Assembly (NCBI GenBank): GCA_043819795.1
Contig: JBDREN010000028.1
Coordinates: 1 to 22,233 of the forward strand
Length of the DNA: 22,233 nucleotides
Source: Elusimicrobiota bacterium
Lineage (GTDB): Bacteria; Elusimicrobiota; Elusimicrobia; UBA1565
Direction of reading: 5' to 3'
Every line of letters begins with the position of its first letter. Position 1 is the stretch's first letter. Positions 5,175 through 14,373 of this stretch are shown piece after piece. The notes beneath the pieces are model-generated. The model had not been told where the DNA came from, did not search any database, and was given only the letters and a program-made list of their open reading frames with translations. The position numbers and the translations under genes were made by a program.

Positions 5175-7640
5175 TTACTTCTTAGACTTCTCAGGCGGGC
5201 GGATCGGCAAGGTGAATAGGAGGGTCGTGCCCTTGCCGAGCTCGCTCTCGACGCGGATCGCCCCGCCGTGGGCCTCGATGATGTGCTTGCAGACGGTGAG
5301 CCCGAGCCCGGTGCCGGTCGTCCTCTTCGTTACCGCGTCGGCGACGCGGTAGAACTTCTCGAAGAGGTGCTTCTGGGCCTCGGCGGGGATCCCGGGGCCC
5401 TCGTCGCTCACGGCGACCAGGACCTCGTCGCCCTGGCGGCGCGCCGAGATGCGGACCGTCCCCTGCGGCGGGGAGTACTTGATCGCGTTGCCCCCGAGGT
5501 TGATGAGCATCCGCTCGATCTGCTCCTGGTCCGCCATCACCTCGGGCAGGCCGTCCTCGATGGCCAGCTCGAAGCGGACCTCGGGCCCGTAGCCCTTCAA
5601 GGTCCCGATCACCCGCTCGGCGACCGCCTTGAGGTCGGTCGGCTCGCGCCTTATCGTCACCTGCCCCGACTCGAATCGCGTGAGGTCGAGGAAGTCGTTG
5701 ACCAGGCGCCCGAGGCGCTTGGATTCGCGCAGGATGATGCCCAGGTACTTCTTCTTCTCGTCGTCGGACAGCTCGTCCCAGTATGCGAGCATCGTGTCCG
5801 AGAAGCCGCGGATGGAGGTCATGGGGATGCGCAGGTCGTGGGTGACCAGGGCGACGAACTCGTCCTTCATCCGTTCGATCTCCTTGCGCTTGGTTATGTC
5901 GCGCAGGACCCGGACCATGCCGAACGGCCGGCCCGCGTCGTCTTTGACGACGGTGAAGGTGACCTCGACCGGGACGACCCGCCCGTCCTTGCGCAGGCGG
6001 AGCATCTCGACCCCGCGGACGCGGCCTTTCTCCAGGGCCTCCTGATGGGTCCTCGCCAGGAGCTCCGCCTGGTCCTCTGGGACGAAGAAGTCGGCCGGCC
6101 GCCGGCCGAGCACCTCTGCGGCCGAGAACTGGAAAGTCTCCTCGGCGCCGCGGCTCCAGGCGGTGATGCGGCCCTCCAGGTCCGTCAGGAGGATCGGATC
6201 GGCTGACTGCTCCGTGACGGCCGCCAGGGTCTTCTGCTCCCGCAGCTGGCGCTCGGCCCGGAAGGCGCTGTGCAAAAGGACGGCGACGTCGCCGAGCAGG
6301 ACCTGGGCGTCGCTCGCCGGCGGCTCCTCGGCCAGAGTCCCGACGACCATGGCTCCGTCGACCCGGCCGGTCGAGCGGTCCAGGATCGGGATCCCGTACC
6401 ACCCGGCGGGAGGCGGCGGCGTCCACCCCGGGCGCTTTTCGCTGAGGATCCGCTCGACGGCGCTCTGGAGCGCGGCCGAGGCCTCTTCGGATTCGAAGCG
6501 CTTGTCGCCTTGCGCGTGCACGGTCGCGAGCTCGCCCGACTCGTCCCGCCGGAGGATGCTGAGGTACTTGGCGCCCGAGAGGGCCAAAATGCCGTGCCCG
6601 GCCCTTCCGAGCGACTCGCCGAGGTTCTTGCCCGAGAATATCCCCAGCGCGATGCGGTTGAGCAGGACCAGCCGCTGGTAGCGGACAGGAAGGGAAGGCG
6701 CCGCGGCCTTCGGGGCGGGGGCGGCCTGCGGAGCCTCGGGCGGGGCCGAGGCCGGGGCCGTCAGGAGCTTGCCGTCCGCGACGATCCCCCCCCGATCGCC
6801 TCCGCCGGACTGGGCCTGCCGCAGAGCCTTCTCCGCGGCCCCGAAAAGCCCCGCCTGCTCGGCGCCCGAGGCGGCGCCCACGCTGACCGCGAATCGGAAC
6901 GAGCGGCGCAGGTGCTCATGAAGCTTCAGCGCCATGGCCTCGGCCGCCGAGGGCGGGGCGCCGGGCAGCAGCACTCCGACCGTATCGGAATCGACGCGGC
7001 CCACGATGTCCGAGGGGAGCGTCCGCGTCCGCAGCCTATCGGCGAGCTGGGCCGTCAGGCGAAGGGCCACGGCCTCGCCGCGGGATCCCCGGATCTCGGC
7101 GATGCCCTCCGGCTTGAACAGGATGAGGCAGGCCGCGCGGCTGGATTCGAGCTCGACGCGGCAGAGGCGCTGGAGGAAGCTCAAAGTGAACATCCCGGTG
7201 ACGGGCTCGATGGCGGGTCCGGCCTCCGGGTCGGACGGCCCGGCGCCCAGGCGCTCGGCCACCGCGTCGGCGAACACCGCGAGGACGCGCAACCGCGCCG
7301 AGTCCGGGCTCCGCGGACGCGAATCGATGAGGCACAGGGCGCTCGGTCCCCGGGGAGGCCGCGAGGCCCGCCGCAGCCGGGTCCCGGCGACGAACGGCCC
7401 GGCGGCTCCCTTGCCGCCGGAGCCGATGCAGAAGGGCTTGCTCGGCTCGTTGTCCGGCGTCCGGAGCGCTTCGCCCAGGGCGTCCCGGACCGGCGGGGGC
7501 AGGCCGGCGTCCAGGCCCTGGGAGGCGAGCACCCGGACGGCGTCCCCCGCGAGGTCCGCGATCACCGAAGGGATCCCGAAGCGGTGGGATAGGGCCGCGG
7601 TGATCTCCGCGAGGATGGGGTCTTTCCGTTCCGGTGTCAT
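5175..7640 (-). CDS. Cytoplasmic sensor histidine kinase: GAF-like, degenerate GGDEF, GAF-like, PAS, HisKA, HATPase_c
   Basis: H-box THDLRIPMTSIRG, N-box NLGGNAIKYS, G1 DEGPGI, G2 GTGLGL; PAS DPILLTDLEGRITAWSRGAEETF; GGDEF-like EPVTGMFT...SDIVGRVDSDTVGVLLP...VSVGAA. The two GAF calls are tentative. Confidence 0.92.
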   Translation of the reverse strand: MTPERKDPILAEITAALSHRFGIPSVIADLAGDAVRVLASQGLDAGLPPPVRDALGEALRTPDNEPSKPFCIGSGGKGAAGPFVAGTRLRRASRPPRGPSALCLIDSRPRSPDSARLRVLAVFADAVAERLGAGPSDPEAGPAIEPVTGMFTLSFLQRLCRVELESSRAACLILFKPEGIAEIRGSRGEAVALRLTAQLADRLRTRTLPSDIVGRVDSDTVGVLLPGAPPSAAEAMALKLHEHLRRSFRFAVSVGAASGAEQAGLFGAAEKALRQAQSGGGDRGGIVADGKLLTAPASAPPEAPQAAPAPKAAAPSLPVRYQRLVLLNRIALGIFSGKNLGESLGRAGHGILALSGAKYLSILRRDESGELATVHAQGDKRFESEEASAALQSAVERILSEKRPGWTPPPPAGWYGIPILDRSTGRVDGAMVVGTLAEEPPASDAQVLLGDVAVLLHSAFRAERQLREQKTLAAVTEQSADPILLTDLEGRITAWSRGAEETFQFSAAEVLGRRPADFFVPEDQAELLARTHQEALEKGRVRGVEMLRLRKDGRVVPVEVTFTVVKDDAGRPFGMVRVLRDITKRKEIERMKDEFVALVTHDLRIPMTSIRGFSDTMLAYWDELSDDEKKKYLGIILRESKRLGRLVNDFLDLTRFESGQVTIRREPTDLKAVAERVIGTLKGYGPEVRFELAIEDGLPEVMADQEQIERMLINLGGNAIKYSPPQGTVRISARRQGDEVLVAVSDEGPGIPAEAQKHLFEKFYRVADAVTKRTTGTGLGLTVCKHIIEAHGGAIRVESELGKGTTLLFTLPIRPPEKSKK

Positions 7641-7659
7641 GGTTCGTCGCCCGATTAAA

Positions 7660-8775
7660 TCAATTTGGCGCAGACGGACTCAAACGGAGTTTCTCCGGGT
7701 CCCGTGTCAGCGCGCCGGTCCGGTCGAGGGCTTCCCGGACCGCCGCGCGCACCTCCGGGCCTCCTTCCCGGATGCGGCCGTAGTTAACGTCCACCGGGAC
7801 GAACTCGGCTCGGACTCCCTCGCGGCTCAGGCGCAGGCGCGCGATGAAGCTCCGCTCCGTGCCCGGCGTAGGGGAGACGAAGAGAAAGTTCCCGAGGCTG
7901 TAGAGGATCAGGGCGCCGCCGCGCACCTCGACGGGCTGGACGACGTGCGGATGGTGGCCCAGAATGACGTCGGCCCCGGCGTCCGCCGCCAAGCGGACGA
8001 ACGCGCGCTGCACCTCGTTGGGCTCCGGGGCCAGCTGGGTGCCGCCGTGGAAGGAGACGATGAGGATGTCGCAGTCCCGCTTGGCCGCGCGCACCCATTC
8101 GGGCACGCGCGCGAAGTCGGAGTAGGCCACCCCCGGGGAATCCGGCCCGGCCCAGTTTCCCTCGGGGAGCGTGCTGGTCAGAGCCAGCAGGCCGATGCGC
8201 AGGCCGTTCTTCTCGATGAACACCGGCCGCCGCGCCGCGCGCGCGGTCGGTCCCGCCCCGGCGTAAAGCAGGCCGCCGCGCGACAGGGCTGCCAGGGTGT
8301 CCCGCATCCCCTGCGGGCCAAAATCCATCACGTGGTTGTTGGCGACGCTCAGGAGCGTGAAGCCCGCCGCGCTCAGGATGCGGAGGTTATCCGGCGGAGC
8401 CCGGAAAGTATATTCCTTAGCGGCCGCCTCGCCGCGCTCGGTCACGGCGCACTCCAGGTTCCCGAACACGATGTCGGAATCCAGCCATGCGAGGACGTCC
8501 TTGACCGGCGCTCCCGGCCCGTGGGCCGCGGCGATGCGGGCCACGGGGCCGTCGAGCCGGATGTCGCCGACCGCGCTCAGCGTGACGAAGGGCTCGGTCG
8601 ACACCCGCGCCTCGAGCGGCGCGGCCCCGGGCTCCCCGGATCCGGCGTGGAGCGCGGCCGGCGCCGGACGCAGGGCCGCGACGACGGCGGCCGCTCCGAG
8701 GAGCGCGCCGAGCAGGCGCGGCGGGCGCCGCGAGAGGCCCCCGCGCCGGTCGCACGCCGCGACTAGAGGCCCCAC
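7660..8775 (-). CDS. CapA/PgsA-family metallophosphoesterase, probably exported or membrane-anchored
   Basis: AVGDI, GNLE, SVANNHVMDFG, SFHGG, GADVILGHHPHVVQ, YSLGNF; basic then hydrophobic N-terminus. Start codon uncertain. Confidence 0.9.
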   Translation of the reverse strand: MGPLVAACDRRGGLSRRPPRLLGALLGAAAVVAALRPAPAALHAGSGEPGAAPLEARVSTEPFVTLSAVGDIRLDGPVARIAAAHGPGAPVKDVLAWLDSDIVFGNLECAVTERGEAAAKEYTFRAPPDNLRILSAAGFTLLSVANNHVMDFGPQGMRDTLAALSRGGLLYAGAGPTARAARRPVFIEKNGLRIGLLALTSTLPEGNWAGPDSPGVAYSDFARVPEWVRAAKRDCDILIVSFHGGTQLAPEPNEVQRAFVRLAADAGADVILGHHPHVVQPVEVRGGALILYSLGNFLFVSPTPGTERSFIARLRLSREGVRAEFVPVDVNYGRIREGGPEVRAAVREALDRTGALTRDPEKLRLSPSAPN

Positions 8776-9515
8776 CGCTTGATCCCGCGCAGCAGCTTCT
8801 CGTCGGTGTTGTCGATCCGGAGCGGGGTGACCGATATGTAGCCGGCCTTGATCGCCGCCAGGTCGGTGCCGCGCGCGGCGATCCTTTCGATGTGGCGCCC
8901 GGCGATCCAGAAGTAGGCTCTCCCGCGGGGATCGGCGCGCTCCGTCACGGTCTTGTCGTAGGCGCGTCGGCCGAGCCGCGCGGGCATGGCTCCCCGGATG
9001 CGGGCGGCGGGGATCGGAGGCACGTTCACGTTGATGCAGGTCCCGCGCGGCAGGCCCCTGCGGAGGACCTGAAGCGACAACCGCAGGGCGAACCCGGCCG
9101 CGGCCAGGTAATCGCCCCCCTCGCGGACGCCCTGGCTGATCGCGAGGGCCGGGACCTCGAGAAGCGCGGCCTCGGCGGCGGCGCCCACGGTGCCTGAGTA
9201 CACGACGTCTTGCCCCAGGTTGTGGCCGCGGTTGATCCCCGAGGCGACGAGATCCGCGCGCCCGCGCATCAGGCGGATCACGCCGAGCCGGACGCAGTCC
9301 GCCGGCGTCCCGTTGAGGGTGAACAGGCCGCCGCGCACCCTGCGCAGGCGCAGGGGCTTGTGGAGGGTGAGCCCATGGCTCACGGTCGAGCGCTCCCGTT
9401 CGGGAACGACCGCCGTCACCGAGCCGGCCTCTCCGAGCGCCGACACGAGCGGCATGAGCCCCTCTCCGTCTATCCCGTCGTCGTTGACGACCAGGATGCG
9501 GGGACGTTTAGGCAT
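8763..9515 (-). CDS. surE: 5'/3'-nucleotidase SurE
   Basis: ILVVNDDGI, GTPADCV, SGINRGHNLG, YSGTVGAA, DPRGRAYFW, GYISVTPL. Start ATG 9515 or GTG 9521, overlapping the end of murG. Confidence 0.96.
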   Translation of the reverse strand: MPKRPRILVVNDDGIDGEGLMPLVSALGEAGSVTAVVPERERSTVSHGLTLHKPLRLRRVRGGLFTLNGTPADCVRLGVIRLMRGRADLVASGINRGHNLGQDVVYSGTVGAAAEAALLEVPALAISQGVREGGDYLAAAGFALRLSLQVLRRGLPRGTCINVNVPPIPAARIRGAMPARLGRRAYDKTVTERADPRGRAYFWIAGRHIERIAARGTDLAAIKAGYISVTPLRIDNTDEKLLRGIKRWGL

Positions 9516-10656
9516 GCTCACCGGTACGATACCCTTTTGCGGCCTCCTCGACAACGTCCGCGAGCAGGCGGCCGCTTTGCGAGGGCTCGGGGAGCCGCAG
9601 GTTGCCGTAGGCCTCCGCCATCGCCGCGAGGTCCGCGGCGGATTCCTCACCCAGCAGCTTTTCGAGCCTCGCCGCGAGATTCTCGCCGTTGAGCTCCGGC
9701 TCGAGCAGGACCTGCGCGGCGCCGGCCGCCTCGAGGACGCGGGCGTTGGCCTCTTGATGGCCGGCTGTGGCGCTCGGGTAGGGGACGAGGACGGCGGGTA
9801 CCCGCTGGGCCGCGAGTTCGGCCACCGTGCTGGCGCCGGCGCGGCAGAGCGCGAGGTCCGCGGCGGCGAAGGCCGGGCCCATCCGGTCGAGGGAGCCGCG
9901 CACCGCGGCCCTCAGGCCGCGGCTCCCGGGCCCTGCGGTCTTTCCGTAGGCCGCGAGGACGGCGCCCTCGTGCTCGGGCCCCGAGAGATGCAGGACCTGC
10001 AGGCGGTCCGGATGCCGCCCGGCGAACCTCTTGAGGGCTTCGGGCGCGGCCTCGTTGAGAGCGCGCGCTCCCTGGGATCCTCCGAATACGAGCAGAGTCC
10101 GCCGTGCGGGGTCGAGCCCGAGGCTGAGCCGCGCCCGGGCGGGCCCGGCCCGGCGCCAGAGCTCCTCGCGTATGGGGGTCCCTGTCACGACGGTCTTGAC
10201 GCCGCGCGGCGGCCCGCCGCGAAGCGGCAGGCTGAGCGCGACGGCCTCCGCCCCGCCGGCGCAGAGCCGGTTCGCCAGACCGAGGACCGCGTTCGACTCG
10301 TGAAGGACGTAGGGGACGCCGCAAAGGCGGGCCGCGAGAGCGACGGGGGCGCTCAGGTAGCCGCCCGTGGCGACCGCGACGCCGGGACGATAGGCCCGCA
10401 TGATGTTGCGCGCCAGGCGCAGGCTTCCGGCCAGCTTCCATAAGGCGCTCAGCCAGCGGACCGATGGCCTCCGCGGCAGGCCGTGGAGATCGAGCTCCGC
10501 GTACGGCAGGTGCTCGCAATCCAGGCGGCGCGCGGCGGGGTCCTGGCGGCGCAGGACGAAGAGGACCTCGTGCCCCCGTGAGCGCAGGACTCGCGCGAGG
10601 GCGTAGCCCGGATAGAAATGTCCTCCGGTGCCGCCGCAGGCGACGACGATCCTCAT
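9508..10656 (-). CDS. murG: Lipid I N-acetylglucosaminyltransferase MurG
   Basis: MRIVVACGGTGGH, TGGYLSAP, HESN, GTPIR, FGGSQGA, RAGASTVAE; ATGA overlap with the ftsW stop. Confidence 0.97.
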   Translation of the reverse strand: MRIVVACGGTGGHFYPGYALARVLRSRGHEVLFVLRRQDPAARRLDCEHLPYAELDLHGLPRRPSVRWLSALWKLAGSLRLARNIMRAYRPGVAVATGGYLSAPVALAARLCGVPYVLHESNAVLGLANRLCAGGAEAVALSLPLRGGPPRGVKTVVTGTPIREELWRRAGPARARLSLGLDPARRTLLVFGGSQGARALNEAAPEALKRFAGRHPDRLQVLHLSGPEHEGAVLAAYGKTAGPGSRGLRAAVRGSLDRMGPAFAAADLALCRAGASTVAELAAQRVPAVLVPYPSATAGHQEANARVLEAAGAAQVLLEPELNGENLAARLEKLLGEESAADLAAMAEAYGNLRLPEPSQSGRLLADVVEEAAKGYRTGEHA

Positions 10657-11774
10657 CTCCTGCGGATCGCGACCGGTTCGGTCGAGTGTCGCGAGATGTT
10701 GAGCAGGATGCCAACGGCGGCCAGCGTCACGAGCATCGACGAGCCTCCGTAGGAGAAGAACGGCAGCGGCAGGCCCTTCGTCGGCAGCAGGCCGATCGAC
10801 ATCGCGATGTTGAAGAAGGCCTGCAGGCAGATCAGGAACGTGAGCCCGCAGGCCAGCAGCGTGCCGAAAAGGTCCGGGGCGTTTCTGGCGACGCGGATGC
10901 CGCGCAGCAGGAAGGCCGTGAATATGCCGATGACTGCCAGGGCCCCCAAGAACCCGAGCTCCTCGCAGATGACCGGGAAGATGAAATCGGTGTGCGGCGT
11001 GGGCAGGTACAGGAGCTTGAGCTTCGAGGCGCCCAGCCCGACCCCGAGCCACCCGCCGGAGCCGACCGCCAGGAGCGACTGCACGAGCTGGTAGCCGGAC
11101 CCCGTCGCGTCGCCAAACGGATCGAGGAAGCTGAACAGGCGCTGGCGGCGGTACGGCTTGCGCAGCAGCTCGAAGATGAGGACCGGCACGGCGGCCACAA
11201 ACGCCCATGCCAGGTGCCGCATGCGGGTCCCCCCTATGAATAGCAATAGGACCCCCACCATGAACAGCAGCACCGGCGTCCCCAGGTCCGGCTCCAGGCC
11301 GATGAGCAGGAACAGCAGGCCGACGACCGACCAGGGAACGACGATCCCCTGCATGGGGTTCGACATCTTGCTGCGCTTGCGGTCGAGGTAGTCGGCGAGG
11401 AATACGATCGTGGTCAGCTTCGCGAACTCGGCGGGCTGGAACCCCAGCGGGCCGATGCGGATCCAGCGCCGGACGCCCGCCACCGGCGGGCAGAAGAGCA
11501 CCCCGACGAGCACCACGAGCGTCAGCGCCAGCAGCGGCCACACCCACTCGCGGAGCCGGTTGTAGTGAAGGCGGGTGAAGACCGCCATCCCCGCGAGGCC
11601 GAGGATCGTCCAGACGGCCTGCCGCTTCACGTAGTAGAGCGCGTCGCCGAACTGCTGGTCGGCGAGGATCGCGCTCGCGGAGAATAGCATGATCCATCCG
11701 AAGCACAGGAGGACCAGCGAGAGCGCGAGCAGGTTGTAGTCGGGGATCTTCGCCCGCCGGCTTCCGCGGCCCAT
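10653..11774 (-). CDS. ftsW: SEDS peptidoglycan glycosyltransferase FtsW
   Basis: RRWIRIG, FQPAEFAK, EPDLGT, GYQLVQS, YLPTPHTDFIF, GLLPTKGLPLPFFSYGGSS; TGATG overlap with murD. Confidence 0.97.
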   Translation of the reverse strand: MGRGSRRAKIPDYNLLALSLVLLCFGWIMLFSASAILADQQFGDALYYVKRQAVWTILGLAGMAVFTRLHYNRLREWVWPLLALTLVVLVGVLFCPPVAGVRRWIRIGPLGFQPAEFAKLTTIVFLADYLDRKRSKMSNPMQGIVVPWSVVGLLFLLIGLEPDLGTPVLLFMVGVLLLFIGGTRMRHLAWAFVAAVPVLIFELLRKPYRRQRLFSFLDPFGDATGSGYQLVQSLLAVGSGGWLGVGLGASKLKLLYLPTPHTDFIFPVICEELGFLGALAVIGIFTAFLLRGIRVARNAPDLFGTLLACGLTFLICLQAFFNIAMSIGLLPTKGLPLPFFSYGGSSMLVTLAAVGILLNISRHSTEPVAIRRR

Positions 11775-13288
11775 CACGAGGCTTTCCCCGCTTTGGCCAC
11801 GAGGTCCTTGAAACGGCGGCCGCGCTCCTCGAAGTCCCGGAACTGGTCGAACGAGGCGCAGGCGGGAGAGAGCAGCAGGGTCTCGCCCTTCTGGCCGATC
11901 TGGAACGCGACGGAGACCGCCTGCTCGATCGTCGCGCACGGGAATACGTGCGCGACCCCCTGCAGATCCTCCTCGATCTTCGGCCCCGCGCTGCCGACCG
12001 CCAGGACGGCCTTGACGAGCCTCTCGATCGGCGGGCGCAGCGCCTTGAACCCCCCGCCCTTCTGGAGGCCTCCGAGGATGAGGAGGATGCCGCCCGCCCG
12101 GTCCTCCAGGCTGCGCAGGGCCACGAGCGTCGAGTCGATGTTGGTGGCTTTGGAGTCGTTGATGCAGAAAAGAGGGCCGCGTCTGCCGCAGTCCTCGAGC
12201 CTGTGCTCAACGCCGCGGAAGGACTTGAACCCCTTGGAGACGGCCGCCGGCTTCACGCCCCGGCAGAGCGCGAGGAGCGCCGCCGCCATCGCGTTGTCGA
12301 GGTTGTGAGCCCCCGGGAGCTTCGGCGGCTCGATCTTGGAGGCTTTCTTCTCGCCCGGCAAGCGGACCGCGATCTTTCCCTCCTCGATCCAGGCCGAGGA
12401 GCGCGTGGACGGGTCGTGGCTGAAAAAGAGCTTGCGGGAGCGGCAATCACGGGCCAGACCCATCGTCAGCGGGTCCGCCGCGTTGAACACGCAGACGTGA
12501 CGGCGGTCCTGGCGGCGGTAGATCCGGGCCTTCGCGTCCATATAGGCGCTCATGTCCCCGTGGTGATCGAGGTGGTCGCGCGTGATGTTGAGGATGGCCG
12601 CCGCGGCGGGGCGGAAATGGCGGCTGTCCTCGAGCTGGTAGCTCGAGACCTCGATCACGAGCGTATCGGCCTTGCGCACCTTGCCCACCGAAGCGGAGAG
12701 GGCCTCGCCGATATTGCCGGCCAGGTGGACCCGGCGCTTGGCCGCGGAGAACGCCGCGGCCGTCAGCGAGGCGGTCGTGGTCTTCCCGTTGGTGCCGGTG
12801 ACGGCGACGACCTCATCGGCGGGACAGAACGCGAGGGCGACCTCGATCTCGCTGAACACGGGCACGCCGGCTTCGCGCAGGCGCCGGAGGACGGGCGCGC
12901 TGTGCGGGATCCCGGGGCTCTTCACGGCGAAATCGCAGGAGAGCAGCTTCTCGGAGTGCTTGCCCGCCTCCCACTTCACCTTGGGCGGGAGCTCGGCGGC
13001 GAGCGCGCGCAGGTCCTTGCGCGGACGGAGGTCGCTGACGAAGACTCGGAAACCCTTGCGCGCGAGAAGCCGCGCCGTATGAAAGCCGGAGCGCCCCAGC
13101 CCCAGGACCGCGGCTTTCTTCTTCGCGTAGGCGCGCGGGTCGAAGCGGTCCCGGGGAAGGGGGGCCTTGGCGCGCTTGCGGCGCGGCTTGGGCGCCGGAC
13201 TCGGTCGACGTGCGGCCGCCCCTTTCGCGGACCGCTTCCGCTTTCCGCGCCGTCCGGCCTTCTTCTTCGTCTTCCCCTTGGATGCCAT
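11774..13288 (-). CDS. murD: UDP-N-acetylmuramoyl-L-alanine--D-glutamate ligase MurD with a basic N-terminal extension
   Basis: VLGLGRSG, KSPGIP, TGTNGKTTT, GNIG, EVSSYQL, DHLDHH, HRLE, NDSKATN, LLSPACASFDQF; ATG overlaps the mraY TGA. Confidence 0.97.
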   Translation of the reverse strand: MASKGKTKKKAGRRGKRKRSAKGAAARRPSPAPKPRRKRAKAPLPRDRFDPRAYAKKKAAVLGLGRSGFHTARLLARKGFRVFVSDLRPRKDLRALAAELPPKVKWEAGKHSEKLLSCDFAVKSPGIPHSAPVLRRLREAGVPVFSEIEVALAFCPADEVVAVTGTNGKTTTASLTAAAFSAAKRRVHLAGNIGEALSASVGKVRKADTLVIEVSSYQLEDSRHFRPAAAAILNITRDHLDHHGDMSAYMDAKARIYRRQDRRHVCVFNAADPLTMGLARDCRSRKLFFSHDPSTRSSAWIEEGKIAVRLPGEKKASKIEPPKLPGAHNLDNAMAAALLALCRGVKPAAVSKGFKSFRGVEHRLEDCGRRGPLFCINDSKATNIDSTLVALRSLEDRAGGILLILGGLQKGGGFKALRPPIERLVKAVLAVGSAGPKIEEDLQGVAHVFPCATIEQAVSVAFQIGQKGETLLLSPACASFDQFRDFEERGRRFKDLVAKAGKAS

Positions 13289-14373
13289 CAGCGGATCTTG
13301 AGCGAGGTCAGGGCGGCGAGCATCAGCACGATGCTTGTGATCCAGAAGCGCACCGTGACCTTGGGCTCCGCCAGCCCGCCCAGCTCGAAATGGTGGTGGA
13401 GCGGCGCCATGCGGAAGACCCGCTTGCCGCCGCGGAGCTTGAACGACGCCATCTGGACGATGACCGATAGCGTCTCCAGGACGAACACCCCGCCGACGAT
13501 GGGCAGCAGTACCTCCTGCTTGACGCACAGCGCGATCGTCCCGATCACGCCGCCGAGGAACAGCGACGAGGAGTCCCCCATGAATATCTCGGCCGGATAC
13601 GAGTTGTACCAGAGAAAGCCGAGGCAGGCGCCTATGAGGGCCGCGAGAAAGACGGCGATCTCGCCGGCGCCGGGGACGGGGACGATCTGGAGATAGGTCG
13701 CGAACTTGAAGTTGCCGGCCACATAGGCGAAGACGGCGTAGGCCAGCGCGCAGAAGATGGTCGTGCCGGCGGCCAGCCCGTCGAGCCCGTCGGTCAGGTT
13801 GACGGCGTTCGACGAGCCGACGATGACGAGCACCGCGAGCACGAAATAGAGCGTCCCCATCTCGAGGAAAGTCTGCTTGACGTACGGGACGAGCAGCGAC
13901 GTCGCGTGCCCGGCGCTCGGCGGGTAGGCGGCGAGGTAGCCGACGACGAGCAGGGCCGCCGCCACCTGCACCGCGAACTTGACCCTGGACGGGGCCCCGC
14001 GGGGGTCCTTGCGTATGAGCTTGAGATAGTCGTCCCAGAAGCCGATGGAGGTCAGCGCGATCGACATGAAGAGCAGTATCCAGGTGAAGCGGATGTCGGG
14101 GCGCATCCAGAGGAGCGCCGCGAGCGCGACGGCCGCGAAGATGAGGAGCCCCCCCATCGTCGGGGTCCCCGCTTTGCTCAGATGCGTGGCCGGGCCGTCA
14201 TGCCGCTGGGACTGCCCGATCTTGCGCGCCCGCAGGAAGCGGATGAGCGGAGGGCCGAGCAGCAGCGAGATCGCGAGCGCCGTGACGGCGGCCCCGCCGG
14301 CGCGCACGCTGATGTAGCGGAAGACGTTCAGTGGACTCCAGAGATGGCGAAGCTCGAAAAGGTAGTACAGCAT
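13288..14373 (-). CDS. mraY: Phospho-N-acetylmuramoyl-pentapeptide transferase MraY
   Basis: KAGTPTMGG, GFWDDYLK, NAVNLTDGLDGL, FMGD, FRMAPLHHHFE; TGATG overlap with murF. Confidence 0.98.
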   Translation of the reverse strand: MLYYLFELRHLWSPLNVFRYISVRAGGAAVTALAISLLLGPPLIRFLRARKIGQSQRHDGPATHLSKAGTPTMGGLLIFAAVALAALLWMRPDIRFTWILLFMSIALTSIGFWDDYLKLIRKDPRGAPSRVKFAVQVAAALLVVGYLAAYPPSAGHATSLLVPYVKQTFLEMGTLYFVLAVLVIVGSSNAVNLTDGLDGLAAGTTIFCALAYAVFAYVAGNFKFATYLQIVPVPGAGEIAVFLAALIGACLGFLWYNSYPAEIFMGDSSSLFLGGVIGTIALCVKQEVLLPIVGGVFVLETLSVIVQMASFKLRGGKRVFRMAPLHHHFELGGLAEPKVTVRFWITSIVLMLAALTSLKIR

